Shown: positions 10,547-18,622, counted from the stretch's first letter. The stretch is DNA of 63,549 nt from Eubacteriales bacterium (GCA_045638385.1 JAZUBI010000128.1:1-63549), one strand, 5' to 3'. The notes: generated by a model from the letters alone, not told the origin. Numbers and translations: made by a program.

Positions 10547-10857
10547 AGAGAGGCATGAGCCTCTCTTGTTGTTTTTTGCGATATATTTGACGGAGCGAAC
10601 CCCCTACCGCCCCTTGGGGCGGTATTAACGTGCGCTAAACGCGCGAATATCCAAAATACGCCTCGGCGCACGTGTTAGGTTCAGACTCCCCGGCAAAAGG
10701 AGAGAGGCATGAGCCTCTCTTGTTGTTTTTTGCGATATATTTGACGGAGCGAACCCCCTACCGCCCCTTGGAGCGGTATTAACGTGCGCTAAACGCGCGA
10801 ATATCCAAAATACGCCTCGGCGCACGTGTTAGGTTCAGACTCCCCTCAGATCCACCA
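10547..10857 (+). repeat. Two tandem 154-bp units, each ending in a tmRNA T-arm-like GGTTCAGACTCCCC
   Basis: Units start at 10547 and 10701. Each has a terminator-like hairpin (agagaggc/gcctctct + T-run) and ends at 10678-10691 or 10832-10845. The duplicated 62-aa and 66-aa track ORFs are repeat artefacts. Confidence 0.85.
10832..10857 (+). repeat. Direct copy of the ssrA 3' end (att-type repeat)
   Basis: GGTTCAGACTCCCCTCAGATCCACCA versus the functional GGTTCGACTCCCCTCAGATCCACCA (6073-6097). The only difference is one inserted A. Confidence 0.85.
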
Positions 10858-10860
10858 AAA

Positions 10861-10900
10861 AATACTGCAGAAAATGATACATTTTCTGCAGTATTTTTTT
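10861..10900. terminator. Bidirectional rho-independent terminator (probably the original ssrA terminator)
   Basis: 16-bp perfect stem (10861-10876 / 10880-10895), 3-nt loop, A-run before and T-run after. Confidence 0.75.
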
Positions 10901-10902
10901 AT

Positions 10903-11082
10903 CCAAGTCGCAGACTTGGTGTATCATCGCCGCACGAAGTGTGGTGGATATCATCAGCCCCTGCGGGGCTGTATCTCATCACGCGCCAGCGTGTATCTTT
11001 CTGCCACTTGATGATATACAAAACTTCGTTTTGATGATATGCAGTTTCTGCGAAATTGATGATATACAACGGCAAGCCGTTG
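10903..11082. repeat. Motif-hairpin array A (3x TATCATC(A), centre, 3x TGATGATA(T), interleaved with 7 small hairpins)
   Basis: Hairpins include ccaagtc-gca-gacttgg, gcccc-tgc-ggggc, cacgc-gcca-gcgtg, caaaac-ttc-gttttg, gcag-ttt-ctgc and caacgg-caag-ccgttg. The array is homologous to the reverse complement of array B. Confidence 0.8.
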
Positions 11083-11182
11083 ATTTTCATGTTGCTGTGT
11101 GCTGTAATACACTTAAAGAGGTGATATTAGTCATTTTGAACGTATTAACCTGCGCAAATTACACAATACAAAACCCACATTC

Positions 11183-11212
11183 AAAAAAATGAGGGGCGCA
11201 AAACCCCTCATT
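11183..11212 (-). terminator. Terminator of the 11239-14097 operon
   Basis: aatgagggg/cccctcatt stem, with a T-run on the minus strand. Confidence 0.7.
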
Positions 11213-11238
11213 CGTATAAATTTTTTTAAAACGTGCGT

Positions 11239-12249
11239 TTATTTCTTCTCGCGAATCTTCTGCTTCATTGCCATAAGCGAATTGATATTTTCATTATCAC
11301 CGTCAAGAACAAATCCAATCTCAGAATTGGTAACGATAATATCGAACGATACGGTACTGTATTCAAATTTCATCTCACCGTCATTCAAAACATTTCTTTG
11401 AGTATGAGTTGATATATCGCAAATATCCTTGTAGAAAAATTCCTTTGCCCACTCGTCCTGCATATTACAACACATATCAAACACGATTTTATATACGAAA
11501 AGTTGTTCATCAGTGAAATACAAATACGTTACGTGCTGAGTCGATGAATGTATCGTATTATCTTGGTAGTTTTTCACTCTGAGAGAGTAATCATTGATGA
11601 CCTTATTTCGAAGCACGATAGGACGGATTTCCTTGATCTGCTCGGGATCAATGCCCAATCTGTCAAGTCCCATTTGCTCAATGTTCATGCTTTCTATCTT
11701 CTCATCAACAAGCTTTTCATACTCCTCATCTGTCATTACTTTATTAGGAGCATACGAGATTTTAATGCTCCGCTTAAACTGCTCCATAAGATTATTGCTG
11801 ACAGATTTGCATATTATAGCAGCAACTATCGATACGCCTCCAATGACACTCACTGCAATCTCGGATGCTATAATACCAATCACCAATACAAGTATGCCAA
11901 TCCAGAGGAGGACCGTTGAGAGCGTTTTAAGCTTCTTTGCTTTCTTTTTTAATTCAGATTTGCAGATCGTCGTTTTGATGTTTTGTACAACAAAATATTC
12001 CTCAAAAATCTTCTGTTGCTCTTCTGTTCTTTCAATTACTATTTGGTTATCTTCTTGGTAACGGTAATATCCGGATATGACTTTTGTTTTATCCGCATCC
12101 CCGATATTGTCATAAGCCGTGTTTGCTCCCTGCTTTGCTTGGGAGTTTGCTTTTTTTGAAGCTATACTCATTACAATCAAAACAACAAACAAAGCTATAA
12201 AAACTATAGAACCCGGACTTTCAAAAATATACTCAAACAAATTCTCCAT
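11239..12249 (-). CDS. Membrane protein with a C-terminal domain paralogous to ORF 31848-32582
   Basis: N-terminal TM helix and a central double-TM segment. The C-terminal ~165 aa align with the 244-aa protein at 31848-32582 (MT.DEY..., G[IL]D..QI.EI.P..L, YVTY..F...QL..Y, FFY.DI, ...IREKK). Confidence 0.7.
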   Translation of the reverse strand: MENLFEYIFESPGSIVFIALFVVLIVMSIASKKANSQAKQGANTAYDNIGDADKTKVISGYYRYQEDNQIVIERTEEQQKIFEEYFVVQNIKTTICKSELKKKAKKLKTLSTVLLWIGILVLVIGIIASEIAVSVIGGVSIVAAIICKSVSNNLMEQFKRSIKISYAPNKVMTDEEYEKLVDEKIESMNIEQMGLDRLGIDPEQIKEIRPIVLRNKVINDYSLRVKNYQDNTIHSSTQHVTYLYFTDEQLFVYKIVFDMCCNMQDEWAKEFFYKDICDISTHTQRNVLNDGEMKFEYSTVSFDIIVTNSEIGFVLDGDNENINSLMAMKQKIREKK

Positions 12250-12284
12250 GTGCTTTCACCCAAGTCTTTAATTTAAAATTAAAA

Positions 12285-12962
12285 TTAATTCGCCAAAGAT
12301 AGCAACCTGTTTCGCTCGTCCATTGCAAACTGTATCTTGCGCACAAGCTTGCCCGCATCTTCAACGTTGCCGTCCTCAACCGCGATTGCAAGATCACCGA
12401 TCATCATCATGACGTTGTTTTCAATGTCCGTGACGGAGGGGTTAGATCTCGAAGGGCTCGAATGAATAAGATCGTAAATTTTCTCTATCTTGCGTCGAAG
12501 CTCCGCATCGGATGTGCTGTCCATGATAAATTTCGCCTTTGATGAAGCAGTTTTGATAAAGCTTATCTCAGCCGTTCTTCTCTGCTCTTCACCCGCAGTG
12601 CGGTCGTTCGACATAATATTCCACACAAAAACCGCAAGGAATATGCAGAACGGAATCATTTGAATAATGATCGCACCCTTAACTCCGGCAGGAGCCGCGA
12701 ATATGAAAATAAGACCGATGATCAATTCAACAACAAAATAAACAGAGGATATTTGCGCAGTTGTATATCTGTATATGTGCGAGCTCTGCGTTTTCTTTGA
12801 AAAGATGGGATTTGCGATCAATACAAGATACGCCACGTGGATCCATGCATAAGACACCCATACCGACGCGGGATGATTTGCGCCGCCGAGCAAAAAAAAC
12901 ATCACGTTAAAGAGTATCGGGAAGAGAGCATAGAGTATTCCCTTCAAAAACCTTCTTCGCAT
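12285..12962 (-). CDS. Multi-pass membrane protein with a C-terminal helical cytoplasmic tail
   Basis: 4-5 hydrophobic helices followed by about 90 aa of charged helical sequence. Tightly coupled to the flanking genes, with a GAGGTAA RBS overlapping the upstream stop. Confidence 0.65.
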   Translation of the reverse strand: MRRRFLKGILYALFPILFNVMFFLLGGANHPASVWVSYAWIHVAYLVLIANPIFSKKTQSSHIYRYTTAQISSVYFVVELIIGLIFIFAAPAGVKGAIIIQMIPFCIFLAVFVWNIMSNDRTAGEEQRRTAEISFIKTASSKAKFIMDSTSDAELRRKIEKIYDLIHSSPSRSNPSVTDIENNVMMMIGDLAIAVEDGNVEDAGKLVRKIQFAMDERNRLLSLAN

Positions 12963-12972
12963 AGTTTTTACC

Positions 12973-14097
12973 TCACATACGGCTTAAAATTTCAGCCTTC
13001 TTGGCATCATACTCGGACTGCTCTATAAGTCCTGCGTCAAGCATTCTCTTAAGCTTGCCGAGAGTTTCAATAGGATCCTCTGCCGGCGCCGCAGGAGCAG
13101 GAGCCGCCGCAGGAGCGCTTTGAGGATTAGCCATAGGAGCAAACATCTGATTTGCCATATTACCGAACATAGCACCGCTCGCCATGCCCATGCCGAGTCC
13201 TGCGCCCATAACGCCAATGCCGCCTGCATTGGGGTTATTTGCAAGATCCTTCATAATCTCAACAGATTGCTGCTGAGCCCACTTATCACCGAGGATATCC
13301 ATGGTGTCGCGCTGACCTGCAGCCTTTGCCTGAGCCATGCGTCTTTCCTCGAAAGCATTCATGCCAATCTCATCGTATCTTCTTCTGAGCTCATCTTCAT
13401 CAAGATCTATTGCCGCAACAACGAACTTAACGCAACGTAAGCCGTATTCGTCAAGCGTTTCCTGCATGTAGGGCTGGATCATATCCGAAAACTCGTCAAG
13501 ACGCGCATCAATACCCAAAAGCTCGGTATTTGACTCGTTTACCGCTCTTGCGATGATTGATTTGATCTTGCTCTGGAATTCATTTATAAAGTAATCCGAA
13601 AGCTCCTCCTGGAACTGGTAATTTACGTTGCTTCCAACCAATTTTTCAAGGAATTTTGCAGGATTCTCAATAGATACCTTGTAGGATCCTCTGCAGCGGA
13701 GCTTTGTCGCGATACCGAGCATCTTGTCTCTCACCTGGATCGGAGAGTCGGTTCCCCAACGGATCTCAATGCTGTGAGCACTCTTAACAAAGTAAACAAC
13801 ACAGTTAAATGTGCTGATACCGCCGGTAAGGATGTTGCGCAATCTGCTAATAAAGGGATAGTTCTGTGTTGAAAGCTTGTATGTACCGTTTTCAAACACC
13901 TGCTCAATCGTACCACCGTTTACAAAGATCGCCTTTTCTCCGGGCATAACGATAAGCGTGGAGTTAGTGTTAAAATCCTCCTCAGGTTGCTTCCAGATAA
14001 GCATATCTCCCGATCCCGTGTTTTTAATTACATCGGTAAAGTGCTTTTTGCCTTCATGATACGCCGCTTCATTGGGATTTTTCTTAAAAAGTGCCAT
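12973..14097 (-). CDS. SPFH-fold (YdjI/COG4260-like) protein with a C-terminal SHOCT domain
   Basis: Start moved to ATG 14097 (GAAAGGGG RBS). The N-terminal FTDVIKNTGSGDMLIWKQP..STLIV.PGEKAIFVNGG..Y.L.T.NYPF pattern resembles YdjI-type proteins. An Ala/Pro/Gly-rich linker follows, then DPIETLGKLKRMLDAGLIEQSEYDAKKAEIL (SHOCT-like). Confidence 0.75.
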   Translation of the reverse strand: MALFKKNPNEAAYHEGKKHFTDVIKNTGSGDMLIWKQPEEDFNTNSTLIVMPGEKAIFVNGGTIEQVFENGTYKLSTQNYPFISRLRNILTGGISTFNCVVYFVKSAHSIEIRWGTDSPIQVRDKMLGIATKLRCRGSYKVSIENPAKFLEKLVGSNVNYQFQEELSDYFINEFQSKIKSIIARAVNESNTELLGIDARLDEFSDMIQPYMQETLDEYGLRCVKFVVAAIDLDEDELRRRYDEIGMNAFEERRMAQAKAAGQRDTMDILGDKWAQQQSVEIMKDLANNPNAGGIGVMGAGLGMGMASGAMFGNMANQMFAPMANPQSAPAAAPAPAAPAEDPIETLGKLKRMLDAGLIEQSEYDAKKAEILSRM

Positions 14098-14208
14098 ATT
14101 CTGTCCCCTTTCAAAATGTGTTTTTAATTTATATATTCGATCAAAACGTCTTGCGAAGCCCGAGTAAAATGCGACCGAGCGCGACGAATGAATATGATAT
14201 ATACATTC

Positions 14209-14237
14209 ATTATAGCACAGTAGTAGCGACAAAGCAA
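14209..14237 (-). promoter_or_regulatory. Promoter of the SPFH operon
   Basis: On the minus strand TTGCTT, 17 nt, TATAAT, followed by a ~110-nt leader containing a palindrome (gaatgtatatatcatattcattc). Confidence 0.5.
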
Positions 14238-14324
14238 GATTTTTGCGAAAAAAAACGATGTTTTTTCCATCTTTTCTTGCATTTTTTTGAAAATAACAAC
14301 TCATTTCTCGTCTTTATGCAATAC

Positions 14325-14356
14325 AAGAAAAGCGCGCCGACAAACGTCGGCGCGCC
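14325..14356 (-). terminator. Terminator of the glycoside-hydrolase-like gene
   Basis: gcgcgccgac/gtcggcgcgc stem with a T-run on the minus strand. Confidence 0.7.
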
Positions 14357-14362
14357 AAATCT

Positions 14363-16327
14363 TTATTCCTCAATAACTATCAGCTTGTGACCCTTGAAGG
14401 ACTCAACTGTAAACTCTGTGCAACCGTTCTTAACCGAAAATTCAATATTTTCGCCGTCAGGCTTGCTTGAAATAGATCTTGCAGACAAATTCGGGATCCT
14501 GATCTTTATATTTCTGAGCTCAACCGGCTCCTCAACCACCGCGCAGTGACGGCGCTGGATCGGCACCATTCCAAGCAGATGAAGGATCAGAGTGCTTCCG
14601 TCTCTGTAAAGCGTATATCTGCCAAATACGGGCAGACCCTCAATCTCGATCTCGCGATCGTATATCCTCGTCAAGGCATCCTCAAATATCACTCTGCACC
14701 AATAATTGCCGTACTTGTGATACTGATCGCCGAATTCGTGAGCAAAGCAAAGCGCACGCTCCCCAAGAACTATCGCAGGATATTTAGAAGGCTCCTGCTT
14801 GTTGGGTGTGTTTCTATGCGAGCAATAATGCCCCTCTGTTCTTGAAAAATAGGGCTCCCAAAGCTCTGCAAGCACCTCACCCTCCATTTTGAATTTGCGG
14901 GCTGGCTGATACATAAGAATGGGTGACTCGGGAAAATACTCGGCGCACTTATTTTTGTAATCAATGTAATCAACGTCAAGACAAGATGCGCCCATATCGG
15001 CGTATCCGATCATTTCAAGGAGAGAATCCGCGCCCTCGGGCTTTCCGAAAATAACTACCTTGCCACCCTTTTTGTAAAACTCGCAAAGAGCCTTTCCCTG
15101 CTCATCCGAAAGAATAGCCGTGCTCGGTAATATCACGCAATCAAGCTCATTTAATATATCCGTGTTCACAACAATGCGGTAATCTATGTGAGAATCGGAC
15201 AAGAGCTTTGCATAGCCCTCGCGAGACGAATAGCTCTTGGCAGGCATAACACCCAAACGGGAATTTGTCTGTCCGCGCTCCATATATTCCTCAATAGATT
15301 CAACGTATTTGTATGCCCTACCGATTATTTTGTAGGTGTCCTCATTCATAAGTCCCGACGGATGGAGCTGATCTCCGATATCGCATCTGACTCCGTAAGC
15401 CGCCATAGCCGCGCACTCCTGAAGAAGCGCGTCGGGATGCTTGAATCCTCCGAATTCACCCCAATCGGTGTGGAATTTTCCTGTCATTCCGTAAACGACC
15501 TTACCGGTCTCGCGGAAGAACTTGCTTCTGTTGACAATAGCATCGTAGCCCTCGGGCGAGCTTGATGCGAGATTCTCCATTTCAAAATGCGTGGAAAATT
15601 CCCAATATTCGGGAAGATCGATAGAAGCTCCGCCGGAATTAAAGAATATCGTGCAATCGGGGCGCTTTGCAAGCGTTATTTCCTTGAGCGCGCCGAAAAG
15701 CTCCTTCTTTTTGGCAACCGTGTACGCAACCGCGCCCTGATAATCGTCGGCATATCCGCGCTTTGCCATCTCAGCCTTACAGCTTGCGCAGGAGCAAGGA
15801 ATATTGAGCGCCATTATGTCAAAAAAGAGTCCGTCAACGTCGTAGCTGTCAAGCACCTCACGCGCAAGCTCCTTGATGTGCTCGCCGTACTCTCCCGACA
15901 TGCACATATAAGGCCATGTGCATTCGGGCTTTTTTGTTTCAGGAGCACCGGGCGTGTAGCCGTCAACGCCTCCGTTATGAGTATACGCAGGCTTGCCCGT
16001 TGTAATGCTCCTCGCCTGCCATTCGGGATGACGTATCGCATCTGATGCGCTCCACGCGCCCGTAATGTATGCTACAACGCGTATACCCGCCTCGCGGCAA
16101 GCCTTTATCTGCTCACCCATAAGATCAAATTTGAGCTGCGGGTGCATAACGCCTATCTTAGTGGGATAGTAACACCATCCGTGATGGCATTTCGCAAAAA
16201 CGACGATAGAATTTACCGCCGCATCCTTCAAGGTCTGTTTAAACTGCTCCTTATCAAAGCTCTCGCCCACAGCCAAGAGCTCGGAGGTGTGAAAATCAAG
16301 ATGAATATGTCTTGCGTGCTTAGTCAT
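14363..16327 (-). CDS. Putative glycoside hydrolase (GHL6 / GH42-like TIM barrel + trimerisation-like domain)
   Basis: 654 aa. The N-terminal HLDFHTS...VVFAKCHHGWCYYPT pattern is recalled from 'hypothetical glycosyl hydrolase 6' type proteins. Family assignment is not verified. Confidence 0.6.
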   Translation of the reverse strand: MTKHARHIHLDFHTSELLAVGESFDKEQFKQTLKDAAVNSIVVFAKCHHGWCYYPTKIGVMHPQLKFDLMGEQIKACREAGIRVVAYITGAWSASDAIRHPEWQARSITTGKPAYTHNGGVDGYTPGAPETKKPECTWPYMCMSGEYGEHIKELAREVLDSYDVDGLFFDIMALNIPCSCASCKAEMAKRGYADDYQGAVAYTVAKKKELFGALKEITLAKRPDCTIFFNSGGASIDLPEYWEFSTHFEMENLASSSPEGYDAIVNRSKFFRETGKVVYGMTGKFHTDWGEFGGFKHPDALLQECAAMAAYGVRCDIGDQLHPSGLMNEDTYKIIGRAYKYVESIEEYMERGQTNSRLGVMPAKSYSSREGYAKLLSDSHIDYRIVVNTDILNELDCVILPSTAILSDEQGKALCEFYKKGGKVVIFGKPEGADSLLEMIGYADMGASCLDVDYIDYKNKCAEYFPESPILMYQPARKFKMEGEVLAELWEPYFSRTEGHYCSHRNTPNKQEPSKYPAIVLGERALCFAHEFGDQYHKYGNYWCRVIFEDALTRIYDREIEIEGLPVFGRYTLYRDGSTLILHLLGMVPIQRRHCAVVEEPVELRNIKIRIPNLSARSISSKPDGENIEFSVKNGCTEFTVESFKGHKLIVIEE

Positions 16328-16415
16328 AATTTCTCCGTTCCGTCAAAACAAATTTAATACACTATGATACTATTGTAACACAAATCATCTTGAATTTCAA
16401 CACCAAATCCGCAAT

Positions 16416-16727
16416 TTAAAAAGGAATTTGTATTCCTCCGGCAAATATCGCCCCCACCGCGGCAGAGCAAAGTGCGGCAACGATGTATCCGAGCACCGCG
16501 TAAATGCGCTTAAGTGGAGACTCTTCAAGCCTTGTGACCTTGGCATCGATCTTATCCACCTGCTCCGCCACTCCCTTTTGCTGAGTCGCAAGCACCTCAA
16601 GCGCAGTTACCATCTTATGCAAAAGCTCGCCGTTCTTCTCAAGCTCGTCTATTCTGTGAGAATTGGATTTGCATCTCTGCGTGTTCTCGGCGATCGCCTT
16701 TATCATATCCTCGTTATTCAATCTCAC
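16416..16727 (-). CDS. XhlA-like phage lysis-associated membrane protein
   Basis: 103 aa: a coiled-coil N-terminal part plus a single C-terminal TM helix (YIVAALCSAAVGAIFAGG), as in XhlA-type proteins. Confidence 0.55.
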   Translation of the reverse strand: MRLNNEDMIKAIAENTQRCKSNSHRIDELEKNGELLHKMVTALEVLATQQKGVAEQVDKIDAKVTRLEESPLKRIYAVLGYIVAALCSAAVGAIFAGGIQIPF

Positions 16728-16896
16728 AATCCTCCTTCATTTTTTCAAGATAGACCTCCTCGCCTATCTCGTACCATCCCTCGCCCTCGTCACCCGATGC
16801 GAGATATACAGTCTTGCAATAATTCTTACCGTCAGTAAGTGCGTGTCCCTCACTCGCTGTAAGCTTTACTGTATTAGTTAAAATTTCTTTTTTCAT
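16714..16896 (-). CDS. Small phage-associated hypothetical protein
   Basis: 60 aa, overlapping the downstream XhlA-like gene by 14 nt, within a phage-like gene string. Confidence 0.4.
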   Translation of the reverse strand: MKKEILTNTVKLTASEGHALTDGKNYCKTVYLASGDEGEGWYEIGEEVYLEKMKEDCEIE

Positions 16897-16905
16897 GTTT
16901 CCTCC

Positions 16906-17721
16906 TTACGAAAGCTGTATTTGCCATCCTGCAGGCTTATTTTCCGTAACATATGAATCCCAATCATCGGGAAAAGCCGCATTTACTGCCGCCGAAGATA
17001 AAGTCAAGGTCTTTCCGCTCACATTGCTTGACAAATGAGTTATTATACTCTCAATGCTTGCCCTTGTAAGCTTAGGACTAAGTCGAAAACTAAAGCTTAA
17101 GCCTATTTCGCCCTCAAAAGTGACATCTCGAAGCTCAGGGCAATTACCGAACGCATCGGCAGATGAAGCATTTGCATTAATGCTTATGATAATTTTTCGT
17201 ATGGTTTTAAGGGATGTACATCCCGAAAATGTACCATTTAATGCACCTGAAGCTGTGCAACTGGACATATCTAACGGCGGAATTACCGTCAGCGTGCTTT
17301 GTGAAAAGGCATTATTTAAGTTAGTTACCCCACTTGTATCCAAAACGACACCGCACTCATTTAAACGCCCCTCTAAATCTGTTATACCGCAAAATCTAAA
17401 TAAAGCGCTTGCATCACCCTTTGGTGCTATGTCATGTTTAGGATAGAAAGTATTGTCATTCCACGAGGCGTCATAAAAAGCTCTTGTCCACTCTTTTCGA
17501 GTTGGTGTTTGGAACGCATCCCAAAACGCTTTACACTCGTCCCTCCTACCGTCGTCGTATCCGTCATGCTGACCCGAATCGTAGCCCCCGTCATATCCGT
17601 CTTGAAAGCCTTCTCTGTGACCCACGGTGTATCCGGAATTGTATACCTTTTCAACGTTTTCCGTGGCTTCCTCCATAAGACCCACTATCTCCTCAAGGCT
17701 TACGTTTTTCTTCTCGCTCAT
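16906..17721 (-). CDS. Phage tail-fibre / receptor-binding-like protein
   Basis: 271 aa. Gly/Asp/Tyr-rich N-terminal segment and LRR-like C-terminal part. Translationally coupled (4-nt overlap) to the BppU-like gene. Confidence 0.5.
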   Translation of the reverse strand: MSEKKNVSLEEIVGLMEEATENVEKVYNSGYTVGHREGFQDGYDGGYDSGQHDGYDDGRRDECKAFWDAFQTPTRKEWTRAFYDASWNDNTFYPKHDIAPKGDASALFRFCGITDLEGRLNECGVVLDTSGVTNLNNAFSQSTLTVIPPLDMSSCTASGALNGTFSGCTSLKTIRKIIISINANASSADAFGNCPELRDVTFEGEIGLSFSFRLSPKLTRASIESIITHLSSNVSGKTLTLSSAAVNAAFPDDWDSYVTENKPAGWQIQLS

Positions 17722-18425
17722 ACCTTACCCGCCTCCTCGATGTATCTCTCCTGAAGCATTATAAGAAAGCCGAGTGAGTTTTTCAAGGTTTCTGTGATCT
17801 CGATTCGCTGATTTTCATTTGCCACACGCGCCTCCTCTGCTCTCTGACGAGCCAATTCATTCTCAGCTCGCTCAAGCTCACGAGCCTCTCTTTCCCCTTC
17901 AGCATCGGCACGCGCAGACTCTGCTCCGGCTCTTTCGGATTCCTTTTGCGCTCTCTCGTTTTCTGCGGTTCTTCTCTGGGTCTCCTGATTCTTGAACTGC
18001 GCCACAGCGCTGATCAGATCATCAAAAAAAGAATGCGTCTTATCACTCTCGGCAATATCTCCGCCTATGTAAAGCCCCTCCTCAACGCTTACCGTAAAAG
18101 AGTTGCTCGTAAGCCTTTTTTTATCTCCGTCAAAAAGCGACACGGAAAATTTCACATCGCCGGCCACCTCAAAGGGCCAACGCCCCGCAACGTATCTTAC
18201 ACATCCGTCGTCGGTGATATCAGCAATGTATCCCGCGCGCTCCCCGTCCGCGCGACATACGTTTATAGTTGCAAATCCCGATTGCTCCACGGGATAAGGC
18301 ACACCGTCCTCAAAAAGCGATATAATAAATTCTCGCGAATTAAAATCCGCCTCGCTTGCAAAAATCACGCGCGTATTGCCTTTTCTCGTGAAATCAAGCG
18401 AGATCCTTCTTGTTACATCTTTCAT
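17718..18425 (-). CDS. Phage baseplate-upper-protein (BppU) N-domain-like protein with a coiled-coil tail
   Basis: The N-terminal ~120 aa resemble the BppU/DUF2479 Ig-like module (ISLDFTRKGN...FIISLFEDG.PY). The C-terminal part is an E/R/A-rich coiled coil. Confidence 0.5.
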   Translation of the reverse strand: MKDVTRRISLDFTRKGNTRVIFASEADFNSREFIISLFEDGVPYPVEQSGFATINVCRADGERAGYIADITDDGCVRYVAGRWPFEVAGDVKFSVSLFDGDKKRLTSNSFTVSVEEGLYIGGDIAESDKTHSFFDDLISAVAQFKNQETQRRTAENERAQKESERAGAESARADAEGEREARELERAENELARQRAEEARVANENQRIEITETLKNSLGFLIMLQERYIEEAGKV

Positions 18426-18574
18426 TTTTCTATTTTCCTTTCTATATTTTTCTTTTCAGCACAGCGCTCCCCAAGGTCACATTCTCCCCATATATGAAAC
18501 CGGCAAGCCCTGATCTGTGCTTCTGCTTGCCGGTATAATTATAATACATTTGTTCTATTTTGTAAACCTCATAA

Positions 18575-18610
18575 AACGAAAAAAGGCTGTTCCCGTTGGA
18601 ACAGCCTTTG
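18575..18610 (-). terminator. Terminator of the lipoprotein gene
   Basis: aaaggctgttcc/ggaacagccttt stem with a T-run on the minus strand. Confidence 0.7.
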
Positions 18611-18622
18611 ATATTCTTTTAA

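Larger units (their letters stand above)
6098..10857. mobile_element. Integrase-less genomic island inserted at the 3' end of ssrA
   Basis: AT-rich block bounded by the tmRNA 3' end (6073-6097) and a direct copy at 10832-10857, with an extra 12-nt copy at 10524-10535. Cargo is unrelated to the neighbouring housekeeping genes. Confidence 0.7.

Noticed and set aside
10483-10825. Duplicated 62-aa and 66-aa ORFs (MRRGVFWIFARLAHVNTAPRGGRGFAPSNISQKTTREAHASL...)
   Set aside because: They are generated by the two 154-bp tandem units downstream of the ssrA island. Each contains a terminator hairpin.
5702-10857. CRISPR-associated transposon or prophage at the ssrA attachment site
   Set aside because: There are no tnsABC/tniQ, cas, integrase, capsid or terminase genes in the island. 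Only the att-type repeats fit.
10903-11082. Arrays A, B and C considered as CRISPR arrays
   Set aside because: The constant part is only 7-9 nt. The 'spacers' are 11-19-nt self-complementary hairpins. The motif orientation flips at the array centre, and no cas genes are present.
14098-14304. N-terminal 69-aa extension of the SPFH protein. Similar long N-terminal extensions appear on track ORFs at 24451, 27076, 31100, 20119, 50811, 35081 and 59244
   Set aside because: The extensions lack RBSs, overlap promoters or upstream genes, and precede internal ATGs that have good Shine-Dalgarno sequences and family-typical N-termini.
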